A DNA stretch of 64,000 nt, taken from positions 55,924,001 to 55,988,000 of the forward strand of contig OX597833.1 in NCBI GenBank assembly GCA_951406725.2, given 5' to 3'. This document shows, one piece after another, positions 14,582 to 29,109 of this stretch (positions are counted from its first letter, which is position 1; every line of letters starts with the position of its first letter). The notes below the pieces were generated by a model that saw nothing but the letters and a program-made list of their open reading frames with translations, was not told the DNA's origin and ran no database searches. This DNA comes from Octopus vulgaris (Eukaryota). The position numbers were made by a program, and so were the translations under genes.

Positions 14582-15347
14582 GTTATTATTATTATTATTA
14601 CCTCTGGTACAAATACATCCTTCAGTCAATAAAACACTATCTCTTTATCGCTTCAGTAAAAATAGATATCTGCTATATTCTGAGATACATTCAGATTTTC
14701 ACTTACTTAAACTGTTGGCCCAGTTTTAATTATATATGGGCATGGCTGTGTGGTTAGGGAGCTTGCTTCCTAGCTACATGGTTTCAGGTTCAGTCCCACT
14801 GCATGGCACTTTGGGCAGGTGTCTTGCACTATAGCCCCGAGCCGACCGAAGCTTTGTAATTGAATTCGGTAGGCGGAAGTTACTGCCGTGTATGTATATG
14901 TGCGTGTAGGTGCTTGTGCCTCTCTGAAAGAGAGAGAGGGATATGTAACAATGTGTGTGTGTGTGTTTGTGTGTGTATGTGTATACACACGCTGGTTAGG
15001 CTGTTGGACTCACAATCACTAGATCGTGGGTTCAATTCCCAGGTTAGGCAGCACTTCATTTCAAATTGCTCCAGTGCCCCCTTTCAATCAGTAGAGAAAG
15101 TTGATCTGCTTGCCTAGCCGGAGGGGTGGCATCATTCAAAGGCTAAAATGATGCAAAGTGCATTGTGACCACCGATGTGTAACGGAATCTGACAGCCTAG
15201 TCAGTCACATGATCACACAATACACACACACACACACACATACGCACGCGCACACACACACACACACATGCAAAATATAAGTCCTAGTGTGCACAATACT
15301 CCTGAAGGTCAGCAATGGTCTTCTTTGGTCACAAGTGGACAGCCATC

Positions 15348-16012
<665 letters not shown>

Positions 16013-16575
16013 CACTCAAGAAAATGATACCAGAATGACCATTGAATATAATTCAAATGACAGGTGGACACTGTGGAATAGAGGTAAGCTCCAAGCAACC
16101 CAGATGTAAGACCAAGTTTTGATTTCTAACTGTAGCCATTTTATACTGCTTACACTGCCAATTGTCTTGAGAAAGGCATCAATGTTACCCTTTTTTCTGC
16201 TCCCTACTCCACTTGCTTCCATCCACTTAGAAGTGCATAAAGAAAAAGAATAAAGAAAGAAATTAATAAATAAATAAAAGAAGCATCCAAATATCTCCAT
16301 TTTTTGATTGAAAGCTGACATTGAATGACTTACTGGAGGTGAGAATTCCATAGCACAAAACAGAAAGCCTGCCTCTTACCATTCACAAAAAGGACAAGTA
16401 GCAGAGTATAGCATCCACAACTCTACTGGTGGAACTTCATAGGAAACATGAAAAAAAAAAGAATGATATCTAGGGCCCAGGTGTTTAAATTAAATACAGC
16501 TAATATATTTAACTCATGGAAGGCTGTCAACTGGTTTGATAAACCCTATGGTACCATGCTCCCCATCATCATAAA

Positions 16576-16649
<74 letters not shown>

Positions 16650-16837
16650 CACAATCATCATCATCATCATTATTATTATTATTATCTTTATTTTATTTAT
16701 TAGTTATTATTATGACTAATGAAAAAAAACTAAGGAAAACAATGAATGTGACATGGTGTCATTCCCCCTTCCTTAGAAATTCGTGTCTAATAAAAAAAAA
16801 TCGTTACTATCATCATTATCATCTATTATTACTATTA

Positions 16838-17030
16838 CTATTGAGTGAGAGAGCAATGCATATTATCAAAGTGAGAGTGGAGTACAAATTTACGAAGCCC
16901 GACATACTCATCATGACTACCCCCGTCTGATAAGGGTACACCAGGCACATGTGTCACAATGATATGTGTGTGACATGGTGATCTCATATCAAGATAAACA
17001 GCACATGACCTTGCTGGTGGGGCCAAAGAC
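16838..17030 (-). mobile_element. Short interspersed repeat with an (AAT)n tail (other copies 43950-44155 +, 47148-47335 +)
   Basis: Shared gtgtaccctt.tcagacggg.tag...ctctctcactcaataataat in three places, always next to AAT arrays. Confidence 0.7.
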
Positions 17031-18277
17031 ACTTTCCTCTTTGATCCAATCCAGATTACCTTTTTCAAGTTCTACATGGAGAGGAAATTGAGAGGAGAGG
17101 GCAAGGTGCCAACCACCAATAAATCTATTAAAGGTGTGTGAGAGTTGCAAGAACGACCCAAGTGAATGGGCCTATTCTCACCGTATAGCTGTTGGTGGTG
17201 GAATGACAGCTATGGGAGAGTGCCCACTTTTGGTAGTTAGGGTAATCTGCAGAAACCCACCCCCAAATTACAGACAAAGATGATGATATTAGGTCAACGA
17301 CAATACCTGCCAATAGTATGAAGAGGAATCATATAAGACTCACCAGAAATACCTTTAACAACCAATGTAAACAACATATGCAGTCATTCAAAGCATGTGT
17401 GTGCGTGTGTGTATGTGTGTGTGTGTGTGTTTATGCATGCACGCACATCTATATATAAACATTCACACACACTCACATCTATTGTGGGTGGCATGATATG
17501 AAACTAAGTCGATATACTGCAAATCTATAGTAAAAGATACAGCCACAGCTATTGTTGGAGGTGATGATAGGGGATAAGAAAATACTAATAATATCGTAAC
17601 ATAAGTGATAACGCTAGTGGTGTGTGGTGAGGGTCAAAGTAGTAGAAGTGTTGATGGATATTACCTATACTCTAAGGCAATCAATGTTACAGTAGTAAAA
17701 GAAAGATAAATTTCCCTTCCTATCGAGATGTACTGTTTGAACAGCTTACATCCCTACAAATGTTCATTGTTCATTTTATGCATCAAGTTAGTGATGCTAT
17801 TAATGATTAAATATAGAAATCCCTATCTTAAACCTCTAAGACCACCATCCGTACACCTTTCTATATAAAATAATAATCATTATAAAATCCAGTTGTTTTT
17901 TTTTTTTAATTCAATAATACTCAGTAAGAAAACATTTCATGAATCAAACCAAATAGGGAACTTCTACATAGTTAATTAACCTGTTAGAATTGTAAAAATA
18001 GTGACTGATTCTTGCTCAGGTCAGTTAAGATTAATATACATATGAAAACGATGGGATGGCCATAGCTGGTATGCCTTCACTATTGTTTAGGCTGACTTAA
18101 GCCTAAACAGCAGTAACAATAACTTCATGATTTATTAAATAATCAGATACCTTAAATAACTCATGGCTTCCTAAATTGCCCATTAAGATTTGTCCATTTG
18201 TTTGAAAGTTTTCAATAACAACCAATTCACACCTTCCATGAGTTTAATTTTGCTGTATTTTTTTTATTTCCTAACAG

Positions 18278-19171
18278 GCCCAACGCCGAGGTTTCAGTGG
18301 ACCTGTTTGTGGCCCCAAACCAACTGAAAAACATCAAGTAAATTTCAGTGAAGAACAACTAAGAGCCGGAGAAGGAATTATTGGTTTGCAGGCAGGCACT
18401 AACAAGTTTGCCAGTCAAATTGGTATGAAGATTGGAGCTGTGAGACATATTGCAGATATCCGAGCTGATGACATGAACAAAGAGGGCCAAGGCGTAATCT
18501 CCCTCCAGGCTGGCACAAACAAGTTTGCCACTCAGTCAGGTATGTCTTTTGGTGCCGTCCGCCATATCGCTGATATTAGAGCAGATGAAATCACCCAGGA
18601 TTCCCAGGGTCACATTGGTTTGCAGAGTGGAACCAACAAGTGTGCCAGTCAGGCTGGTATGAGTGGTTTCGGAGCTGTTCGCCACATTAGTGACATCAGA
18701 GCTGATGACATGAATGCAGAGGGTCACACAGTGATTGGTCTCCAGGCTGGTAGCAACAAGGGTGCCAGCCAAAAGGGTATGAGCTGTATAGGTGGCGTGA
18801 GACACGTAGCTGATATTCGGTGTGATGACATTACAAAAGATGCTGAAGGTATGTTGACTCTGCAGGCTGGTACAAACCAGTTTGCCAGTCAGAAAGGCAT
18901 GACCTCTTTCGGTGCTGTTCGCCACATTGCTGATATTCGAGCTGACCAATATGACAAAGAGAGCGATGGTTCCCTGTCACTCCAAGCTGGAACCAACAAG
19001 TTTGCCAGCCAGTCAGGTATGTCCTTTGGTTCTGTCCGCCACGTGGCTGACATCAGATGTGACGAATTCAGTGAGTCAGGTAAATCTACTATCAGTCTGC
19101 AATACGGTCATAACAAGGGAGCCAACCAGACAGGCATGAACATTGGTAAAGCACGACACATCTGTGATTAA
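18278..19171 (+). CDS. Terminal exon T1: linker + 7 calponin (CLIK) repeats
   Basis: Acceptor tttcctaacag|GCC, phase 0. AQRRGFSGPVCGPKPTEKHQVNFSEEQLRAGEG followed by 7 x I.LQ.G.NK.A.Q.GM..G..RH, stop TAA at 19169-19171. 894 nt, 297 aa. Confidence 0.95.
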   Translation, partial: AQRRGFSGPVCGPKPTEKHQVNFSEEQLRAGEGIIGLQAGTNKFASQIGMKIGAVRHIADIRADDMNKEGQGVISLQAGTNKFATQSGMSFGAVRHIADIRADEITQDSQGHIGLQSGTNKCASQAGMSGFGAVRHISDIRADDMNAEGHTVIGLQAGSNKGASQKGMSCIGGVRHVADIRCDDITKDAEGMLTLQAGTNQFASQKGMTSFGAVRHIADIRADQYDKESDGSLSLQAGTNKFASQSGMSFGSVRHVADIRCDEFSESGKSTISLQYGHNKGANQTGMNIGKARHICD

Positions 19172-19321
19172 GCTGTTTCTTGATGCCTGGAAATCCAACT
19201 GTAACGGCAGTACAACCTCCAACACCTTCACCAACTAGTACCATCACCACTGCCACCAGAACTACTACCGCCGCCACCACCACCACCACTTTGGAAGCAA
19301 CAGTAACAGCAGCAACAACAA

Positions 19322-19353
<32 letters not shown>

Positions 19354-20440
19354 ACACCAATTGAACAATGAACAACAATGACATCAACAACAGCGATAAT
19401 AACAGCATTCACAAAGACAACAAGAGTAACGGTAAATTACAACAACAGCAACAATAGTTAAAACGAAAGAATATCCAAAGAATGAATGAATGCAAAGGAT
19501 CTTTGAAATAAACACCATCAGAACAAATAAGGATAAGAAGGAAGAGTGAAAATATTACGAAAACAATGCCTTTCTGAAATAAGCGATGATTATTATTATT
19601 AATATAAATATCAATATCATAATGATTATTATTATTATTATTTTGTATATTTTACATCTTCATTTTTGTGAAACATCAAGGTCCTTGGAGCAATAGATTC
19701 ATCATGTCCTTCCTGGTATGACCGCTTGAACTAAAAGTGAACGTAACAAACAAAAATCACGAAACAATTTCTAACAAACAAATGACAATAATAATAAAAA
19801 ATTTTTTTTTTGAAAATTGAAATAATAATAATGATAATAATAATAATAATAATAACGACAGCAGCAACAGCAACAACAACAACAACAACAACGGTAAAGT
19901 TAACTTTTGTTGCTGAAAAATTCCTTTAAAAAACAAATAAGCAAAGAAGAAAACCAGAGAGTGCTTCAATAAATTCAGGAAGTAAGGACAAGACTAAAAC
20001 AACAAAACAACAGTGATAAACCTATTAGATGTTATTTGTCAAATTAGAAATTAAAACAAAAAAAATCCTCCAATGATTGCAATGACTACCACAGGGAAAT
20101 TTCTTTGTTCGAAATGAAAATGACAGACACTCACTTGCCCTAAGTTTCAATTATGTTCAACTAGTTTTTCCTTTCTTTCTTTCTTTCTTTCAATCTACAA
20201 CCATGCCATTTAGGTTTGTAAATTGCTTCCTTTTTTTTTTTTTTTTTCCGATTATTTTATTATTAATATTTTTTTTTTTTTTTGCTTGTTTGCCTCGCAA
20301 TAAAAGAGAGAGAAAGGAGTGACATGCCCTCTTAAAAGAAAAAAAAAAAAGGAGAATAATAAATATATTGAAATTCTAGTTGTCTTTGAAGCCAAAAATG
20401 TCGGAAATATCTTATAAATAAATGGGAAAAAAACAAAGCG
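19172..20440 (+). other. Probable 3' UTR of T1 with candidate polyadenylation signals
   Basis: Follows the T1 stop. AATAAA at 19507, 19968, 20299, 20358 and 20417, the last followed by a T-rich stretch. Contains CAG/CAA and AAT repeats. The true end is not determinable from sequence. Confidence 0.5.
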
Positions 20441-20548
20441 TCTCTTTTTGTTTCAACAAACTATGTTACTTTATTTTTTTATTTTTTCTTCTTCTCAAAA
20501 CAACCGGAAACATGCTTGCACTCACATATATGTATATACATATATACA

Positions 20549-20594
<46 letters not shown>

Positions 20595-21582
20595 CAGTTA
20601 GTTGTGCATAAGTCAGAAAAAAGAAAGCACACTCTATTTGGAAAGAGAGAGAGAGAATGGTTGTATTTTATATTGTTGAGCAGTATATTACTAGTTGTGG
20701 CATATAATTGGTCAGAATGTTACCAATGGTTTCACACTGGCTATTGTACTTAGCAGTTATTGATGACTCTTCAGACATGCTGAGTGAAAGTGCATAGCCT
20801 CTTTCATGTTAGTGGTATGTGTGTGTGCATGCGTGCATGTGTGTGTGTGTATGCATGTGTGTGTGTCTGTACACACCTCTAGTATAAAAGAAGTTATGTG
20901 CTTCTGTTTAGTATGTCTAAAAAGTCACCAATATTGCCAAGTACAATAGTCAGTACAAAAACCACTGGTAACGTTCTGTCCAGTTATATGCCTCAACCAG
21001 TAATATTCTGTTTGACTATATATATATTTGTATGTATACACACACACACACACACATACTAACATACACACACTCAGCTTTGTATACTCAAACACTCCAC
21101 TCTCTTACATCTATCCACATTCTCATCACAGTTTCTCCTTACCGATCTGTCTGTTTGCCTAATTGCCTGTATGTGTATGTATATATATATATATATACAT
21201 ATATACGTATGTATGTATCTAAGTATATATATATATATATAGTTATGCAAAGAACTGTACCTGGAAGCAATCTACTGATGGAGGTAGCTAGTGGTAAGAA
21301 CACAGTTGCAATCATTTGATAACACACATACAAACACACACATACACACACACACACAAACACACACATACACACACACACTCAAACACACAACTTTCAT
21401 ACACCTTTTTACTCTTCTTTTTTTTAATTTTCTTTGGGTTTTTTTTCTTTTCTTTTCTTTTCTTTGGCAATTTGTTTCAGTTTTTGTTCTTTCTTGTACA
21501 CACTTTGTTCTCCCTTGCTAAACATTTTCTTGTCTTTCTTTAAACATTTTACTTTGCTTACAAATTAAGCTGCAATATGTAT

Positions 21583-21665
<83 letters not shown>

Positions 21666-22819
21666 AGGTAGAACATGCACACACATACCAACGCACAACA
21701 GCAGCAGCAACAACAACAATACTAATGATACTACTAATAATAATAGTAATAATAATAATAATTAATTCTTGTGGAAAATGGTAATTCTTTCTATATTGAG
21801 ACGACATGAACAATCTATGAGAGAATGTGACAGAGGCAAGTTAGAAAAAATGTGTGTGTGTGTGTGTGAGAGCCTGGTTCCATAGAAATTAAATGAACAA
21901 AAAATGAATGATGGGATATATAATATACAAATATGTTATAGCTGAGAATGGGATTTAAAATTTAGAAAACGCTGATTTTTTATTTTATTTTTTTTTTTGC
22001 TTCTTAATATTGGTTAACTTCAGGCTAACGAAAATCTGTCCTTCTTATTTCAAGCCCTGTGGAGCATTGGACAAAGTGCCTTACCAGGGTTGGCTTCAGA
22101 CCAGACCATTTTTCCATTCTAAGTTCAAACACTGACATGGTCAACTTTGCTTTCCGTCCTTTCACTGTTGATAAATATGGAACCAGTCAAAGACTGCATT
22201 TAATGCAATCAACTAAACTAAACTCCCTAACCCCTAAAATTGTTGACCTTGTACCAAAATTTGAAACAATCAATATTATCATAGTGGCCAATACATTAAA
22301 TGAAAGAACAGATTATTATCATTATTATTATTATTATTATTACATCATGGATTGGCGAAATTTTTAGAGCTTCGGACAAAATTCTTTACAATGATCAGTT
22401 ATGGTTGTTTAGGTTCTCAGTTCAAATCCTACCAATGTTAACTTTGTCACTCAACCTTCCAGGGTTGTTTGAATAAAGTACCAGTCACGTACTGAGGCTG
22501 AAGTAATTCTTCAGCCCATACCCTCAGAATAACTGACCTTGTTCCTAAATTACTCCAACTGTTATTATTATTATTGTTATTATTACTCTTATTAAGGAAT
22601 CAAGCTGGCAGAATTGTTAGCTCAACAAAGTGTTAAGTGTAATTTCTTCTGATATTTTTTATATTCTGAGTTCAAATACTGTCAAGCCTAACTTTACCAT
22701 CCATCCTCTCAGAATCAATAAACTAAACTACCCGAGATATTATACTAGGACATTGCAATCAACTTTGACTTGCTTCCTCCCCCAAAAAATTGATGATCAT
22801 GTGCCAAAAATTAGAAAGA

Positions 22820-22855
<36 letters not shown>

Positions 22856-23183
22856 GTTATTTTTATTGTGTGTGTTTCATTATTTCATTTTTTATTTCTA
22901 TATTATTTTTAACTGGGCAGGATGGGGAACCAAAGGATGTTTAAATTATTAAGGAGTTGAAAATCTTCTGAGCCTGCCCAACTCTATTTCGTCGCACAAT
23001 AAAAGCACGGTAAAACTAAGGTGGTGCTGCTTGAGTTGTTGTTTTTAATTTTTTTTTTTTTTGTCACATTTTACACTTCCCAAGCTTCTTCTTTCTTCTT
23101 TTCACTTTTGGCACCTTACTAATAAAATCCATACACTGAACAAGCATGCATAAATCAAACATGTACATCCTGTCTCTTCCTTA

Positions 23184-23223
<40 letters not shown>

Positions 23224-24015
23224 TGCATATGCTCACTGACACATGCATACATATACACACATGACCACATATATACTCATTCAAATATACATATAGTTTA
23301 TGTATGCAAACACACATACATGCACACAAATAACTTTCATTTACTCTTACAAACACATACACACACACACACGTGCACACACACATTCATATGCATATCT
23401 ACACTTTCATACATAACACACACATTTATTCACATACACAGTCATACAAATATGCATCTAGTTTACATGCATCCATACATACATACATACACAAGCATTC
23501 ATTCACACTGATATTCATGCATTCTTTCACATATACAACTTGATGTCTTACCATATGTACATTAGTTAAAAAAAAAGATGTTTCCACCTTCAGTGTTGAT
23601 GATGAATTTTTCCAGTCATTTGACCCACTGAACTGTCAACACTTTCAAAGCTAATGTATGTGGATGTGTATTCCACAGACAATTGAACCCTTAATGCTAT
23701 CCTCAGTGAGTAACAAAAGCAGGTCCTTTGCATTATAGACACACATCCCTTCAATGTGCTCCCACTCAATTTCCATCAACCCAATTTCTATTACAAAACT
23801 CTAGTTGGCTTCATACTGTGATAAAATCATTCACCTTGCAGTGCAAACAATGGGATTCAGTCCAGTATCTTGTGATTTTGAAGCAAATTTCTTAACCATT
23901 TGGCCTTGCCTTTGGATCATGTACATTTATACATTGTACATTCACATAAACACACATAATTATAATTTATATACACACTTGTGTATGTGTGTGCATGCAC
24001 ATGTGTGTATATATA

Positions 24016-24080
<65 letters not shown>

Positions 24081-25295
24081 TACACAGCCGAAAGAGTTAC
24101 TAATAGTTTTATGCTATTATGATACTTGAACAGGCATCTTTATAAAATATGCCATCCACCTTAAAGCAATCTTTCAAGCTCTGTTTATGTGTTTTATATA
24201 TGTATGTATATATATATATATACATACATACATACATACATACATACATACATACATACATACATACATACATACATACAGCATGTAGATATGGCTAAAA
24301 GCCAAGGTCCTCATGAATCACATCTGCATATATTCTAGTATATTCTATTTGTGTAGATGTTATATTTGCGTGAGGTATGAATAAGAGTTGAAAAATACCA
24401 GAAAATAGGTTTTGCAGCATAATTGCAACAGATTAAAAAAAAATTTTTTTCATATTCTTTATTGACTATTACACAGCTTTCATTTCTCAATGTGAGCTAC
24501 AAAGTTGTATAGTCTCCTCTCTAACTATGAATGTGACTCCTGATTACTAATTAGGTTATATACAGCTTCATCCAAATGTAAATTTTGCATAATTTGATTC
24601 TCTGTCTGGTGAATTCCTGATAGATGTTCCACCTGTTTATTCTATATATATTTCTTCTTAACTCCTATTAGGAAAGGAAACATGTGTAATGGTGTACAGA
24701 TAATACCAAACATTTTTTTCCAATCTCCTGTTTTGATATATATACACACACATACATATATACATATATACATATATATATAATATGTATATGTATGTGC
24801 GTGTGCGTGTGTGTATGTATCTATAAAAGTGCATGGCTTGGTGATTAAAGCGTTACACTCTACATCATAAGACTGTAGTTTTGCTTTCTGAAACAAGCAA
24901 TGTGTTGGATCGACATTTCCTGTTTCCCCAGTCCCCTTAGTTGGCAAAAATGGGTAACACTGTGACAGACCAGTGATCTGTGTAGCAGGGGATTATATAT
25001 GCCACAGAATCCAAGAAACTGGCCTTATTAAGCTACAGCTCATGAAGGAGTTTGGATCCCTTTATATATATATATACACACACACACACACATATATGTA
25101 TATGTGTATGTATGTATGTATGTATCTATGTATGTATGTATGTACGTATGTATGTATGTGTGTGTCTGTGTGTATGCATATCTATCTATTTATATATATC
25201 TCTCTCTCTCTCTCTCTCTAAATATATATATATATGTATGTATATATATATGAATTGACCTGAGTACATATATGCACAATTATTATGACACTGAC

Positions 25296-25327
<32 letters not shown>

Positions 25328-25893
25328 CATATATACATACCTGTCTAGATATATACACACACACACATGCTCACACATACAATCATACCACACACATTAC
25401 TCATATATGTGTACGTGTGTGTCATATGTACACATACTTGTATGCATGTGCACCAATGCAAGGACACACATTCGGCACTGTAACTTCATCACTGCTTCTC
25501 TTCCTTCCACATTTATTTCCTATATTTTTTTGTATACATCGTTTTATATTTGGAATGTGTGACACCATAGTGTTTCAAGGGTTAATTGGTGTTTTAAGGG
25601 GGTGCTCTCCAGGAAAAAGACACTCGAAATTCAAAACATTATATTTGAATCTTTTCATAATTAGCATTCAGATTACTCTGTCGTCAAATGTAATGCTTAT
25701 TTATTCACATTGTTTTGAATTAATCATGCGTTACCTTGAGGCTTCAAGATTTCAATTATGTGATTGTCTGTTTTCAGAATGACATTGTAGGGTAGGTGTG
25801 AGAGGCAGGATCTGGTTAGTTTGAACATAAAACAGTAGCATATTTGGGCCAGATGTAGCTCAGTTAAATACTCAAAGGTCAAAGAAAATCAAC

Positions 25894-26488
25894 ATGATAT
25901 AAAACATGTGATATTATATAATATAAAATATGTGATATTATATAATATAAAATATGCAATATATAATATAAAATATGTGGTGTTATATAATATAAAATAT
26001 GTGATATTGTATAATATAAAATATGTGATATTATATAATATAGAAAATGTGATATTATATAATATAAAATATGTGCTATTATATCATATAAAATATGTGA
26101 TATTACATGGTATAAAATATGTGATATTATATAATATAAAATATGTGATGTTATATAATACGAAATATGTGATTTTACATAATATAAAATATGTGATATT
26201 ATATAATATAAAATATGTGATATTATATGATATAAAATATGCAATTTTATATAATATAAATATGTGCTATTATATGATATAAAATATGTGATATTATATC
26301 ATATAAAATATGTGATATTATATAATATAAGATACGTGATATTATATAATATAAAATATGTGATATTATATTATATATATTATGTGATATTATATAATAT
26401 AAAATATGCGATATTATATAATATAAAATATGTGATATTATATAATATAAAATATGCGATATTATATAATATAAAATGTGATATTATA
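25894..26488. repeat. 24-bp minisatellite (TATAATATAAAATATGTGATATTA)n, about 25 copies
   Basis: Direct reading; it produces the YNIKYVIL pseudo-ORFs. Confidence 0.95.
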
Positions 26489-27369
26489 AGTACTAGTTCA
26501 GAAAAAAAAAATTGACAACTGGCCCACTAATAGCTTAGATATCTTGTATTCCTTGGCATGTAGGAAGTGACAGGTATAGGGATCAAATCACACCAGCATG
26601 AATATTGCTCATGTATCTTTCTACGACCTACTTTTTAATGGTTAACATTATTTGACATTGAAAGCCCAAGCAGTTAATTAATTCCTAGTTGCAGGAATAC
26701 AGAATACAAATATTATTTAGAAACATAAAATAATTAATTCTTGCATAAAGAGAAATTATGCTTATATTTTTGTATTTTTATGTTTTAAAGAAATATTCTT
26801 TGAAAATTCTTTTGTGTCCATTGGTCGATGGTAACAGAGGGATGAGTTAAGTTTGGATTGAACGGGAGTAACATTCTGTCCTGAGTGGTTTGGGTAGGAG
26901 GCAATGCCTTGTGGTGGGGCAGTTCATGGTAATTGTTGGTGCTACACACATATTTCATATATATAAACATATATCCATGTGTGTGTATGTGTGTATGTAG
27001 ATATATATATATATGTATATGTGCGTGTGTGTATATGTATATATGTGTATATGCATGCATATACATATGTATATGTATATATGTATGTATGTGTATATTT
27101 ATGTATATGTATGTATATATATGTATATATATATATATGTATGTATATATACATATATGTGTGTGTATGTATATATGTATGTATATATATATATATATAC
27201 ATATATATGTATATATACACACACACACACACACATATATATATATGTATGTATATGTGTGTGTATGAATGTATGCATATATATATATATATATGCATAC
27301 ATACATACACGCACATATACATATATATATATGTGTGTGTGTGTGTGTACGTATGTATATATGTGTATG

Positions 27370-27441
<72 letters not shown>

Positions 27442-27691
27442 ACTTCAATCGTAACATCTATGTAATGAAACTAAGTATACTGTGTTTGTTCTTTTTCTAT
27501 CAGTCTAGGATGAATGAAAGGCAAAGCTGACCTAAACTTAGAATAGTGAGGCTTAACAGTCATAATCTTTCTTGAACACGCAAACACACACATGTAGGTG
27601 TGTGTGTGTGTGTGTGTGTGTGAAAACATGCACACAAGCACACACACTCATGCGTGAGTGAGTGTCTGTATGTATGTAAATTCACATATAC

Positions 27692-27728
<37 letters not shown>

Positions 27729-27847
27729 TCAATATAGGGTAGCAAAAAATTCAATAGAAATTTTTTCAACACCAGCGGTTTGAGTCTTGGCTGCTCTTTC
27801 TAGTGGGTCGAATGGTCTATTGAGGCCGTTCCTCAATGTTGTTGAAA

Positions 27848-27882
<35 letters not shown>

Positions 27883-28776
27883 GTTTAATTTCTGACACAA
27901 AAAACATTAAAGTTCTCAGTAAAGAAATGTTATTTATAATGTGTTATGTATGTAAGCTAAACAGTATTGTATGTGAACAATGATTTCATTCAATCAGCAA
28001 TTAGTTGACTATGCAAATAGGCAGAGCAGTCAGAGACATTCTATTTTTGTATATTTCTTGTTAAGTGATTCTAACATGCAAAGCTTCAGTGTTATAGTAA
28101 CTATAGTTTACTATAAACCATTGCAGCCTTCCATGTGCTGGGTTATTTGCCCAGTTGTTATCATATTATTATGCCAAATAATTTGTCTGAAGGAGGGAAC
28201 ACAATGAATTATTATATGCTTATTATATGATTATTATATGCTGCATATATGATCCACTTTTGATTACCTTTTAGAACAGCCTCTCTTTCTTTGAATCCCA
28301 ATTGCCTTCTTTACAAGACTTCAGTTCACTCCCAATGTCTCTGTTGAAACAATTTTGCTTAGTCAAGAAACAAGACTGTAGAAATTAGGGGAAAAGGAAT
28401 GACAGGTGTAATTAAAAACTCTAATATGACTTTATGTACACGTGTGTGTGCATGAATTATTGGACAAGTCCCCAAGGTTTCATATAGTTAGTGAATCACT
28501 TGGCAAGTAATTTTTCTCCAGGTTATTGACTTTTGTCAGAAATAGCAGTTACAAGGAAATGAAGTGGCTCCTGTAGAGTTGAATTTGCAATGCGGACTCA
28601 GTTTTCCACCCTATTCTTCAGCACCCATGAGACAATAAAAGTGCCTTGCTGCTAGAAATAGCAACCAAAAGTTTTTAACTCGTGCCTTAACAATTAAAAA
28701 AAGGAAGGACATATTAAATAATGGAATCCTAGTTAGATACATTATATCTTAAATATATCATCATCATCAACAACAA

Positions 28777-28821
<45 letters not shown>

Positions 28822-29078
28822 TAAATAAATGGAGTTATTCCTTTGGAATAAAACCAATGTTGTCTTCGAAACATATGTCGAAAGTAAAAGAATTTTAATA
28901 ACATCTTCGTTCAACTCCATTTATTTACTTATACTACACAAATTACTGCAGATTAACCCAGAATTTCTACCTTTGAATAGGTCGCTTCATCCGTCTTACT
29001 TGCATGAATTTTGCTACCCTGGTAACTGTTTATTGAATTTTCCATGATAACGGTAAACAAAGGATAATTCATTGATCC

Positions 29079-29109
<31 letters not shown>

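Noticed and set aside
19180-19371. Thr/Ala-rich ORF directly after the T1 stop, as a read-through or mucin-like extension
   Set aside because: It has a TTG start, is in a different frame from T1, and derives from ACC/GCA/ACA triplet repeats in the UTR.
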